This document shows, one piece after another, positions 48,381 to 59,719 of a stretch of 64,000 nucleotides of DNA (its first letter is position 1; the number at the start of each line of letters is the position of its first letter). Origin of the DNA: Alloascoidea hylecoeti. Its lineage: Eukaryota. The position numbers and the translations under genes were made by a program. Location: contig BCKZ01000003.1 of the NCBI GenBank assembly GCA_001600815.1, positions 872,581 through 936,580 on the forward strand, in the 5' to 3' direction. The notes beneath the pieces were generated by a model that was given only the letters and a program-made list of their open reading frames with translations, was not told the origin of the DNA and made no database searches.

Positions 48381-48937
48381 TTTATTTTTTTGGTATAGTT
48401 TTGAAATATATTTTTTACATCAAAAAGATTTTTTTTCATATTTTCATATTGCATGCTGATATATACCCAGTACTGGGTATATTAGAGACCTACACGATTA
48501 TAATTAACCCTCCTTAATTACTAACTAAAAATAAATCATATCTTTCGAATTCGGATTCTATTTCAAATAAAAAAATTTGGATGTTGTTATAATAATTATA
48601 GTCATATTATCAGGGGCTAGTCTCCTTTAATTTTGAAAGCAAGGGATCTGCTTGAGAGATACAGTTTTCTGCCGTATGCAACTTACGATTTATAATCCTA
48701 TAGTTATCAATAATAAAATAATATCTCCATATTTTATCCGGTGAGGCTATTTATAATTACATGAGACAGATATATAATAAAATCATATCCATCACTTAAT
48801 TAACAAATCTATAGCAACTAGAATATTGGTTATATATAAATGTAGATTCCCCTCTTTTTTTTATTCCCCAATCTAACGATTCATTCAATTTCAATCCTTC
48901 ATCGTAACTTTTTCTGTCGTTATAATTATATTATAAA

Positions 48938-49630
48938 ATGAAGCTTAGAAGCAAAAGGCATTTAAAACACCAAAAGCTCTCAAACACAAGGACACTAGAG
49001 TTTCAGGCAAACTATTTTAATAATAGCTCAACTATAGACTATCAAAAATCAACAGACATATTCCGGGGGACATCCTCAGTTTCACCGAGGCCCAGATTTA
49101 TAAATGATCATTCGAGGGTAGTGGCAGACCCATTTGATGATTCGTGGACGTCAAGCAGATCCACATCTAGAAGTGGACTTAGTAATGGGGGTTCAAATTT
49201 CAATTCACAAGTTTATAATATGGATATTATTGAAATGTCAAGTTGTAGTAGTTATAGTATTAACAACCAAGATGAAAATATAAGTGAATATGGTGATTTA
49301 TATTCTGATAAATTCTTGGCATCCTCTCAACTTGAATACGACCTTCAAAAACAGCAAGTAAATGGTGGGAATTTATCATCATTAGAACTATTTTATTTAC
49401 AACATAAAATAATTGATGATGAATACAAGTCAACTATAGCTACTAACACTAATAACAAAAATAATTCAAATGGAAAGAAAAAAAGAATTTCAAATCTTAT
49501 ATCTAATTCAAATGTCATTGGTAGGAATCTTAAAAAGTATAAAGCTAAAAAGTTAAGAGATAAAAAATTAGACGCTCTTTATACGAAAAATCGTCTCACT
49601 GATATTTCTGATGAAGAATATTTATGTTAA
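48938..49630 (+). CDS. Hypothetical protein, 230 aa, Ser/Asn-rich with basic termini
   Basis: 230-codon ORF in AT-rich DNA, AAAATG start context and upstream TATATAAA; no recognisable domain. Confidence 0.6.
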   Translation: MKLRSKRHLKHQKLSNTRTLEFQANYFNNSSTIDYQKSTDIFRGTSSVSPRPRFINDHSRVVADPFDDSWTSSRSTSRSGLSNGGSNFNSQVYNMDIIEMSSCSSYSINNQDENISEYGDLYSDKFLASSQLEYDLQKQQVNGGNLSSLELFYLQHKIIDDEYKSTIATNTNNKNNSNGKKKRISNLISNSNVIGRNLKKYKAKKLRDKKLDALYTKNRLTDISDEEYLC

Positions 49631-50751
49631 TTTATTATAAAAAGGTGTTGGAAGAGTACAAAAATGATTGATTTCAAAAGGTAATGAATGCGAAGTATTA
49701 TCAAATATGTTAAATATGTTAATTATGTGTATGGCTTTTTTTCTTTTTCTTGTTATTATTGTTATTTTTTCTGATGACCATACCATAACTGAAATATCAT
49801 ATAAAATTGTTAAATCTTGTTTATCCAATTGGTGATTCTAATATTAGATCGTTATATGTCCTGTGTTATGATTAGTTCCAGACACATCAAGTACGCAGAG
49901 GTCGAGAGAACATGATTCAGCCATAAACAGTACTAATATATTATCGGCATTCCAATTTCCCAATATGAATTAAGGCCATGTGGAGGGTAACTCCACGCAC
50001 GTATTACACTCTGACACATTGATATGATAGAAGTGTTCAAGTAGCATTCAGATTTTTGTTAATTTCCTACGTGATAAAAATTGAATCCCATAAACTATTC
50101 AAATATTGGTCATATTTGGCATTGCAATTATAGTTTCCAATATTTTAGCATATATATTTATTGAAAATTGATACCACGAGGAAATATCACCGTATGCATA
50201 TGTATGCATCTGTCTGGATAAAGTAGGTTTTATTGTCATCTTCCACGTTATGCATGCATATGCAAGCGTCACCCCCTACTTCTTAACTATTTCTTTGGTC
50301 GCGAAATCTGGAGGCCTACATAGTTAAGAATAGGGACAAATAATTTGACAGAGAAGTACAAAAGATTAATTTGAAGCGATGGGATTTACATTTTCCATTT
50401 TTCTACCATATCAAGTCTTTGTTATATAATGGAAGTGATTTTGGTGGTGTGGTTACATTTTCTGCCAGAGATGTTCAAATTTTATTGATTTAAATTTCTT
50501 TGAAAGTGATGCGCCCCAATAAAAATACGAGATGCATGTAATTACATAATAGTACCTAGAATGTTTCCATCTAGGATTAATACATAGAAAAAAATATATT
50601 TGGTAAACCATTTCATTATACTATCAGGATCCTATTTACCATATCTTTAATACCGCTTCATCAATAGACAAAAGGAAAAAAATACAATAAAAGCAGTAAA
50701 AAAAGTTACACATTACAATTGATTATAGATTTTAATTATAACTTGTACAAA

Positions 50752-52356
50752 ATGCATTTGTGTTTCTCGATTTTCTTGGTCTTAATACCTTTCAGAGTGG
50801 CCGGTTTCTTAAATTTTGAGTCTCTAGATGACAGATTCATTCAAACATCGGATTCCAAGTCTATTGAGCCTCCTAAAGAATATACACACTTTCATTCCAT
50901 TCATAGCAAATCAATTGGCCAGGGTGGATCGGGGAAACAATTCTCAACTGATGAAAAAAACATTTCACCAATAGTACTGGAGATTAGCAATCAAACAGTA
51001 ATAATACAAACTGATGAAAAACATGAAACTTACTTTATTCCGGTCAATGTGAATGGACAAAAGATTCCTCTTATGCTTGATACAGGATCTCCTTATACTT
51101 GGATTTATTCAAACTCATGTAACTCTCCTTCTTGCGGAAATAATATCTTATACAATGTTTCTGACAAAGATAATGTTTCAACCTCATCCTTTTCTCTATC
51201 TTACTCTACTGGGGACGCATCTGGAACTACTTTGACAGCTGATGTAGAAATTTCAGATATAGATCTCAATTCTTTTGAAGTAGGTTTGGGGACAAGCGTC
51301 CCTGATACGTTCAACGGCTATAAAATTAGTGGTATATTAGGCTTACCAGCCACAAATTCAAACCATTTCGAAGGATTATTAAATAAAATGAAAGAAGAAA
51401 ACATCATATCCCAAAAGATATTTACAATTTGTCTTATTTCATCATATGACGATGAAACAAATCTTGAAAAACAAGGTGTAATTTCTTTCGGAACAATTAT
51501 TGAAGAAATCCAATCGCAAAACGGCCAAATATATTATACTCCTCTTGCAAATGGTTACTCAGCTTTATGGGCTATTGAATTAAAGGGTGTCTTTGTCGAT
51601 GACTTCCAGGTAACTTTTAAAAATGAAACAGCAATTCCAGTTGGTACAGATACAACAACCAAATCAAAGATGTCAAGAATGGCGATTGTTGATAGCGGTG
51701 CTACATTGTTAATAATACCTAAAATAGATGCACTAACACTTCATTCTTACTTTGAGGATTCAAAGACAGATGGTTCTAATTTCGCTGTTTTATGTAATTC
51801 AACAATTGAGCTTCATTTTTCTATAGGAGGTCATAATTGGACTATTCCACCTACATCATATCTCGGTCCTCCTTATTCATCGTCATCTCAATATTCAGGA
51901 TATTGTGTTAGTAATATTCAAGGAAATAATATTGATGATAAATTTACATGGGTATTAGGATCTGTATTTCTTAAAAATGTTTATGCTATATTTAACATGG
52001 AAAATTCAACATTTGGATTATCTGAAAGAGTAAATAATATAATTTTTCAAAATGAAAATATCAATTCTGATTCTACCACCAAAACTTCAAGTTCGGTAGC
52101 TAGTGTTTCTGTGTCCACTATTTCGAATACAGTTATAAATACACCTAATTCGCCAATAATAATTGCAACCAGTTCTTCAATTATAGCATCTACTTCAACA
52201 ACTATATCATCATCTTCTTCTTCTAGCCCCATATCTTCGAAACCCTCATCTTCTCATAATAATGCTTCTATGAAATCTGGTATTTCTAATTCTAATTCTA
52301 CAATCATGAAAATTTTGTTAATGGGGTTTTATTTTTCTTTTTCATCATTTTTATAA
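50752..52356 (+). CDS. Pepsin-like (A1) aspartic protease, probably GPI-anchored (yapsin/CtsD-like)
   Basis: Signal peptide from ATG 50752, catalytic LDTGSP and AIVDSGAT, WVLGSVFL, Ser/Thr-rich stalk and hydrophobic C-terminus after NNAS. Confidence 0.9.
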   Translation: MHLCFSIFLVLIPFRVAGFLNFESLDDRFIQTSDSKSIEPPKEYTHFHSIHSKSIGQGGSGKQFSTDEKNISPIVLEISNQTVIIQTDEKHETYFIPVNVNGQKIPLMLDTGSPYTWIYSNSCNSPSCGNNILYNVSDKDNVSTSSFSLSYSTGDASGTTLTADVEISDIDLNSFEVGLGTSVPDTFNGYKISGILGLPATNSNHFEGLLNKMKEENIISQKIFTICLISSYDDETNLEKQGVISFGTIIEEIQSQNGQIYYTPLANGYSALWAIELKGVFVDDFQVTFKNETAIPVGTDTTTKSKMSRMAIVDSGATLLIIPKIDALTLHSYFEDSKTDGSNFAVLCNSTIELHFSIGGHNWTIPPTSYLGPPYSSSSQYSGYCVSNIQGNNIDDKFTWVLGSVFLKNVYAIFNMENSTFGLSERVNNIIFQNENINSDSTTKTSSSVASVSVSTISNTVINTPNSPIIIATSSSIIASTSTTISSSSSSSPISSKPSSSHNNASMKSGISNSNSTIMKILLMGFYFSFSSFL

Positions 52357-52668
52357 ATTCACTCTAAAATGTCAATATGAGTATATACTAGTATTTCTAT
52401 AATATCTAAATCATCTGACATGCGTTTAATATTTATATATCAATAGATAAGAAGATTTCCAATCATATTATTGTAATTTCTGTTGCAATGATAGTTGGTA
52501 TAAATGTTTTCGAATTCATGTAATTTTAACACTATTATCAGATAATGTAAGTTCATAATTAGGAGTATAGATCCATTTATACAATGCCAATAAATGGATA
52601 CAAAAAACTGCATGTTTATAAAAAAATAAATGACCCTATAGCTATAATGATTACATGTATGTGTATAA

Positions 52669-54434
52669 TTAGACAGTATCAGTAATACTTCCAATAATAG
52701 GAGTATTTAAATATTGTAACTTTTTCTTTTCTTCTAATGCTACTATTTTACTAGCATCATCCTCACTTGGTTCAAAAATATGCCATATAACATAATTTGG
52801 TAAACCTGCTACTGAAAATCCCATCTTTTTGGCCATTTTACCAAACGCTTCAGTTTCAGCATGATTTTCAAATGTAAATGCTGAAAAATGAGCACCTTGT
52901 CTGAATACTTTAGCTTTGACTAGAATTGAAACACCTCCTATACCATCTAAATCCATGAGTTTATTTTCATCGATATCTTCAATTTCTTCTGGTTTATCTC
53001 GAACATAGGCTAAATGGACTCTATATGTTGGATACTCTGCATATCCTTCCACAATAACATCATCTTCATCTAATGTTTGGGCCAATTCTAAAGCAACTGG
53101 GGATTCAGGCCATGAATTTAAATCATATGGTTGCTCTTTTGTATCTGGTTCTAAGAAATCTGGTAATGGTCTCCAAACATTTGGAACAATAACATCTTTA
53201 TTAAATTTCATTAAATCTTCTAGTATTGATCCTGGAGCTTGTTCTATATCTGCATCTCTCCAATATACCCAAGAATGATAAGGTTTTATTGCGTTACTGG
53301 AAAGCCAATTTCTTGATCTTCCCATTAATTTTCTTCGAATTGCTTGTACTTTAACAGAATGTCTATCAGAAAAACCTTGTCCAATAGCTTGTCCGAAATC
53401 TTTTTCATAAATAGTAATACTTCTAAATGGTGTATTAAAACCTTTATGTCTTTTTTCAAAATCTTTTTCTAATTGTATCCTTCTATCAGGATCCATATAA
53501 TGTAAATATAATTCATCATTATATAAAGGAGATGATGGATTTGATTCAAAATCTCTAATGCGTTTCATATAATTTAAAATTGTATCTGGTAAAGAACCAT
53601 TTTGTAGTTGAACTGAATAATCTAAAAGTTGTGTAATTGTTTGATCATTATCTGTACAATCACTAATTAAAAATCCTATATCGATTTTATCATGAGGATA
53701 TGTAAGATTCATTAAATGTTGAAACATTAATGGTAATACATTAGCAGCATTTCTTAATGGTATAAGTAATAAAACAATATCACCATTTTCTTTACCATTT
53801 GGTGATCCTGAAAAATCATTTAAATCATAAAATGAAATTGATGATATAATGTCATCATCATCTTTATAATCATATACACCGTCGACGACATCAACTTTAT
53901 CATGATTTTTTAAATTTGGATCATTTCCAATAATTAAATTACCATCTTCATCTCGGATAATTGCGGGATGTTTCCCACTTTTTTTATAATTAAAAGGTTC
54001 AATATCATGAGGTGAAACAGGTAATGGTATAAAAGTTCTTAGATTTCTTATAATATTTGAATTTTTCAAATTTTCATTAGTTGATAAAGAACTAACGAAG
54101 AACACGTAATATATCAACAAAGTTGTTATTATTAAAATTAATAATGGCTTTCTTTTTCTAGATATTGAAGTTTTTGTTTTATTAGGTTTTCCCAATTCTG
54201 ATTTAAATGATTTGTTATATCTAAATATATTGTGTTAATATTTCTTGTTTGTAAGTTTATGCTCACGCCCGTTATAACAAGTCAAAAATAGCAGCCGGTA
54301 AGTAGCTAAAACCAAAGGGAATAAGGGGAATTTGATCTTAAAAAATCTAGAAACTATGGTTTTCATACATACTCAGGAAGCGTATCATCATCCTTCTTCC
54401 TCCTTTTTGTTAAAAAAAAGGGAAGTTTGGCCAT
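52669..54434 (-). CDS. VAN1: Mannan polymerase I subunit (Anp1/Van1/Mnn9 family), 2 exons, 537 aa
   Basis: Exon 1 54434-54373 (MAKLPFF...DDTLP), intron 54221-54372 (GTATGT...TATTAAC...TAG), exon 2 54220-52669. Type II TM helix, KDFGQAIGQGFSDRH, YWRDAD, QPYDLNSW and a Van1-type LYLHYMD insertion. Confidence 0.88.
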
Positions 54435-54759
54435 TTTGAAATGTCAAGTAAGTTACAAGCTGGTAAGTAAAAAGAATTTTAGATTTGTAACCTACCACCA
54501 CCAAAGTTAATTACGTAGTAAACCTCTGGGTCTGAGCCACTGACGTATAACATTAATTTTACAACTACTGTACAAATGTCAAGTTGATAAGTTATTATAT
54601 AGATATAATGTATGAGAACATACCATTAAACCGTTGAGTGGGGCAGAGAAAAAGTCGCGCCTCTGTAGGTTTGAATTCATTTCTCTATTTAATTATAAGC
54701 TTGACATTACTTTCTTACTGGACTTTAAATAATGACATTAAATATACTAATTTCTACTA

Positions 54760-54950
54760 TTTCAATACATTGCGGAGCGACTTTTTCAAGAATATATATA
54801 AATAAAAATGTTTAGAATAGATACTGAAGCGATGATCATGAGCTCGCCGAAAACAAGAGGGATTCCATTCACCTGGGGGAGAGAAAGGCAGTACAATAGT
54901 TTCAACTAGGTTCCCTAAAAAGCATGTTAATATTACCAATTTTATAGAAA
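54760..54950 (+). mobile_element. Ty3/gypsy RT-RNaseH connector fragment (degenerate)
   Basis: Across frameshifts it reads LRS...HELA/..IPFTWGRERQYNSFN*/LKSMLILPIL, cf. gypsy L..L....PF.W..EQ..AF..LK..L...PIL. Confidence 0.45.
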
Positions 54951-55099
54951 ATCCTTATAGCTCAAACATAACAGACTAGTTCTATTCCTTGTAATTTTAT
55001 AGTTGAGCTTGGATTGGTTCAAAGTCAAAAACAAGATAATAATTTCTGTATCCATATTTAACAGTAGATTACTGATAGTTCGAGGGGATAGTAAACTCG

Positions 55100-55375
55100 A
55101 CACAAGAAGCTAAGGTGCTTATTATCCAATTCTTCAAGGACTCTTTGACAGTAAAAAATGATTATTTTGAATTGGATGTAGAATTTATATCATTTGATTT
55201 ATCATCATTATTTGAAAACAGTTGCATTATGATTGGGACAGTGATCAAAAATGAACACCAATACAATTTCTATGCGGTTATAATATGAAAACAGATCCAA
55301 GGGCTAGTGCTATTTCAACTTTTTGCAATAGATACCAAAGTTAAGGGATTCCCACAGTAGATAACATATAACAGG
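55100..55375 (-). mobile_element. Second Ty1/copia RNase H fragment (degenerate)
   Basis: Across frameshifts it reads YVIYCGNPLT/WY.LQKVE...DLFSY...FTVKESLKNWII, paralleling the relic at 10400-10750. Confidence 0.35.
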
Positions 55376-56891
55376 ATCCATTAGGGAATAAATGGACGCC
55401 CCCATAAAAGCCATGTACAGCGACGAGGCTTCGTTCAACGCATCAGATAGAGGTAGAAAATGAGGTGACTTTGTAAGACATTAGATATGTGATATAATCT
55501 ATGCCTGTTCTAAGATATACGATCCTGTTATTATTATACAGTTTCTCTTCCTTATTCCTCCCATGTGATGATCATTGCCTGACACTTGTTGATAGATTAT
55601 CCCGTGTCACTTCCCGAGATCCCATCCAGAACTGTTACATCAACTGGGTTTTTTCATCCGTACACCCAAATAGCAATTAAACCTCTATAAAGAATATCTA
55701 GGATACAAATCATAAACATATGGGCCAAACGCCTAAGATCATTAGTTTATTTCCCATCAGAAGCAAATGGAAAGATCATGAGGAATGAGGAAATGAAAAA
55801 AGAGGATCAGAAGGTGGTATACCTCTAAGGGTTTATTATGGTTATGTTAACCTTGGTAGTAAAACTTTTGGAATTGGTATATTATCAATGTTTGTTTTAT
55901 TAGTTATCCTTGGAACTTTTGTACTAGTATTCTCTACGGTATGGATGAGTTACTGGACCGTTGGTAAATTCCATCGTAATAAAGGTTTTTATATTGGACT
56001 TTAGTTCATGGGTATTACAACAGTAAAATATTGTTGTTGTTGTGTTCTAAATATTAATATTGTATAAATGAGCTCACTAAATATAGTAAATACTGTAATG
56101 TACTGAAGTTTGAACTACACGGAGGAAAGATCGCAATGACATGAAGTGGATTAGAGTTGCTATACTAAATTACTATACGAGATTGATATAGTAGAATAAA
56201 AGTATATAAGAGTAGATATTCCCTTTTAATAAAACTTATCAGCTATCAGCTAATAGCTGGTCAGCTACAAAATTGGTGTCGAAAGATATTTTGTGTTTAC
56301 AATTAGTAATGTTTGTCTGTTATAATAAAGTGCTGGTCTAGCAAATTTAGTATATCAACTAGTACTCTAATGCACCGTACTAACAATCCAGATTCCAGAT
56401 GATCCTGTGGGTGTTGTTTCCTTCAGCACTGTGCTAATAACTATATTCTATTACAATTCACAAAGACTCTAAAAAGACGATTTTAAATGCATCAGACTGC
56501 CCAAAATGGTATAAGTAAAATGTCGTAAAGGACATAACAGACTATGTGCATATGCATACTAATATGCACAGTTAAATATAATATTATGAAAATATAATCA
56601 ACCATATTTAAAAATGTTTACAATTTCTCAACCGTATATACCTACAAAACTATTTCAATATAATATATTCTACAAATAAATAGAGATACATCCTGATGAA
56701 AATAAAAGTTATACGGTATAAAATACTTTTAAAAAAATTGGTTCCACTATTATCATTCCTATAATTTTTATAAAATTAAAAAAATATAATATACCGGTAG
56801 TAACAAAAAAATGCTCTTAAGAAATTCAAAGTCGATCAATCAAGTTTAAAACAAAAAACCAAACAAAAAAATAAAATAAAATAAAATAAAA

Positions 56892-56933
56892 GAAGAAGAA
56901 GAAGAAGAAGAAGAAGAAGAAGAAGAAGAAGAA
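56892..56933. repeat. (GAA)14 microsatellite
   Basis: 14 perfect GAA units about 60 bp beyond the FCP1-like stop codon. Confidence 0.95.
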
Positions 56934-56993
56934 AGAAAAAAAGATTTAAAAACCAACAAGATATATATATGTTTGTTAAATGGTATACTTTAT

Positions 56994-59192
56994 TTATGCC
57001 ATGCAATGTTCACTATCCCTAGTAATAATGTCTTCAGTAACAGAAGTCCACGTTTTAATATTTTTAACTCTTTTAGATTCATCAATATCTAAATCATTAT
57101 TGTCATGATCATCATTATGACTAACCCTTGAACGTTTTTTACTTAAAAGTGATGGTAGTTGACCTGCAAAAACCTTTATTGGATTAATCTCATTTTTATT
57201 AATATTGACATTTTCTTTGTCCATTTCCATTTCCATGTCAATTTCAATTTCTTTTTTATTTTCATTATTTGGATCGTTATTATTTAAGAATGTTGTAATA
57301 TCTTTATCATTTGTTTCAATCCAATCAAAACCAAGTGTTATATCAGAATCAAACTCATCAACATGATTTGGTGTACTGGTTTCAATGACTTGTGTTGATG
57401 ATGATGTTATAAAATTACTATTATTGTTCTCAGGATGAATTAAATAATCATCTTCTGATATTCTTTCCCAATTAGAAATACATTTGAATAACCAATCAGG
57501 ATGAATAATTTTAATCTTTGGAAATTTCTTTAAAATCAATTTAGTTTTTTCATTATTAATTGAATAAGTTATTAAATGTGTAACATTAATGTTTGAATTA
57601 TTCGTAATATTTGTATTTGTACTTGTACTTGTTAAATTTAAATTTAAATTTGAAATTATTTTAGCACCAAAAGTTTTTAACCATATAATTAAATCATTTG
57701 ATTCAAATAAAATTTCTGTTGGTAATAGACCTGAAAATAAAAATGTAAAATTTTTAAAAATTTCTTCTTTTAAATTTGGTATTAAATCATCAATTATTGG
57801 AATTTGATGATTTTTAACTAATATTTCAATTATATCATCTTTATTATTATTATTTTTCATTATTTCATTTTCATTTTCATGTTTAGTTAAATAGAAATCT
57901 TTCAATTGATCAAGTTGATTAAAATATTCATGGTGTACTTTTTCCAAAATAATCTCAAGACTTTTCAATTCATTATCATTATCAACCAATAAATTCGGAT
58001 GAGTATTATATATATTTTGATAATCATCATTTGAATTTGAATTTTTACAATTATTTGAATCAATTTCAATTTCAATCTTTAACTCTGATGAAGGTAATGA
58101 TGATGATTTATCATTATTTATTCTTTCATCAATTTCTTTTTCCAAAGATTCTTGTAATTCTTCCAATGATTTTTCAGATTCATTATCGTTTGTTAATGAT
58201 GATGATAAATTTGAATTTGAAGATTCTATTATAACTGTTTCGTTTCCTGATTCGTCATTAGAATTAATAATATTTGTGCCTTTCATTTCTTGATTATGAT
58301 CATTCATTGTTGCATCTTGTTGTTCTGAATCATTAGTTGTATAATTTATCTCTTTTTCATTTTCTTTAGGTTCATCATAATCAAAATGATCATTTGAATT
58401 TGTGATTTCCACTTCCGATCCAGATACAATCTCATTAGAAACATCAGTTTCAATCGAATCAGAAATCAAAGCAGAAGAGTTAATATCTCCAATTCCAACA
58501 AAAAAATCATAAGGCATTACTTTTATTAAATTTTTAGACCATTTCCAAACATCCCCCCTATCATCAATAATAACGACATTTGATACATCATTTGAAAACA
58601 TTTTTGATAGATTTTTTTCGGTTAAACTACCACTTTCATCTCTTGATAGGATTCTATCACCAAAATATTTCCCTAAAGGATCAATAATTTTCAAAATTGA
58701 TTTTGCATATGCTCTTGTTGCCATTGTATAAATATGTAATTGATATAAATTTGATATTTCTTCTAAAAAATTGTGTAACCCTGGTCTTAATTTAACATAA
58801 TACCAACAAATAGTAGGTGTTTCATAACCGTTTGGTAAAGAAGTTGATTCCTCTAGAGCAAAAGCTTGAACGTCTTTCAGAACAGGATAATTTGGATTAG
58901 ATGAGTCTTGTCTCCAATCATTGATTATAGGATCTACGGTCGCTTGGATTATAGTTTGGTCTATATCAACAACAAGAATAAGTTTTTTATTCTTTATAAG
59001 AGGAACAATATCATCATTAATAGGGTATACTATAGTGTTTAAGTCAGATGAAGGTACGGGGTGTAACTTTTGCGATGGGTCTATGTTTGAAATTGCAGAT
59101 AAAAGGGGTTCCTCATTCAAAGACTGTTGAAGATTTCCGTTGGAATTCTCATCCTCATTAATGTTAATATTTTCCAATATGGAAATAGCCAT
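56994..59192 (-). CDS. FCP1: Fcp1-like RNA polymerase II CTD phosphatase (FCPH + BRCT), divergent and N-terminally short
   Basis: LILVVDIDQTIIQAT (DxDxT), WYYVKLRPGL, IYTMATRAYA, FGDRILSRDE, VVIIDDRGDVW and PYDFFVGIGDIN; BRCT FSGLLP...VTHLI...HPDWL..C..NW. Confidence 0.85.
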   Translation of the reverse strand: MAISILENININEDENSNGNLQQSLNEEPLLSAISNIDPSQKLHPVPSSDLNTIVYPINDDIVPLIKNKKLILVVDIDQTIIQATVDPIINDWRQDSSNPNYPVLKDVQAFALEESTSLPNGYETPTICWYYVKLRPGLHNFLEEISNLYQLHIYTMATRAYAKSILKIIDPLGKYFGDRILSRDESGSLTEKNLSKMFSNDVSNVVIIDDRGDVWKWSKNLIKVMPYDFFVGIGDINSSALISDSIETDVSNEIVSGSEVEITNSNDHFDYDEPKENEKEINYTTNDSEQQDATMNDHNQEMKGTNIINSNDESGNETVIIESSNSNLSSSLTNDNESEKSLEELQESLEKEIDERINNDKSSSLPSSELKIEIEIDSNNCKNSNSNDDYQNIYNTHPNLLVDNDNELKSLEIILEKVHHEYFNQLDQLKDFYLTKHENENEIMKNNNNKDDIIEILVKNHQIPIIDDLIPNLKEEIFKNFTFLFSGLLPTEILFESNDLIIWLKTFGAKIISNLNLNLTSTSTNTNITNNSNINVTHLITYSINNEKTKLILKKFPKIKIIHPDWLFKCISNWERISEDDYLIHPENNNSNFITSSSTQVIETSTPNHVDEFDSDITLGFDWIETNDKDITTFLNNNDPNNENKKEIEIDMEMEMDKENVNINKNEINPIKVFAGQLPSLLSKKRSRVSHNDDHDNNDLDIDESKRVKNIKTWTSVTEDIITRDSEHCMA

Positions 59193-59719
59193 GTGTAAAA
59201 ATTTATATATGAAAGATTGATAAGTGAATAAATGGCAGTGTTGTTTGTTTGGTATTTCGTGATTCCGTGTTATGAGAATATCGACACATCGCCTTCCGGG
59301 AGAGCTTTGAAAACCGAATATTACTATTATTTTTTCTTGGACTTTGCATAGTTAATTATATCCTTAATGCTGCCGCACCACGAATACTCCACCATCTCCC
59401 ACTTTATACCCCTGGTAATGGATTCTTGAATGCCAAGGTCAATGCTAAAGTTAGCTAGAGTTAGCAGTGTTTTATTGGGAACCGCTGCGGGCGATGAACC
59501 TTATAGGTAACGGTGCACGTGGGGGGCGGAGTGGACCGAGGAGACGGGGGACGGACCTCCACAGTTCAATAAGTACACCATTACAATTATCATCTAACAA
59601 TTAAATAGTCTAATACGACACCATTGTTTATTTATTGTCTGCGTTTTAAATTGACTCAGATATGCACTTTGCGTTCAACACGCTACACATTTATATTATT
59701 TATCAAATCACTATAGCTA

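Noticed and set aside
50348..50370. U6-like ACAGAGAAG
   Set aside because: No U6 context on either side.
54655..54690. tRNA T-arm-like GTAGGTTTGAATTC
   Set aside because: No cloverleaf or A box.
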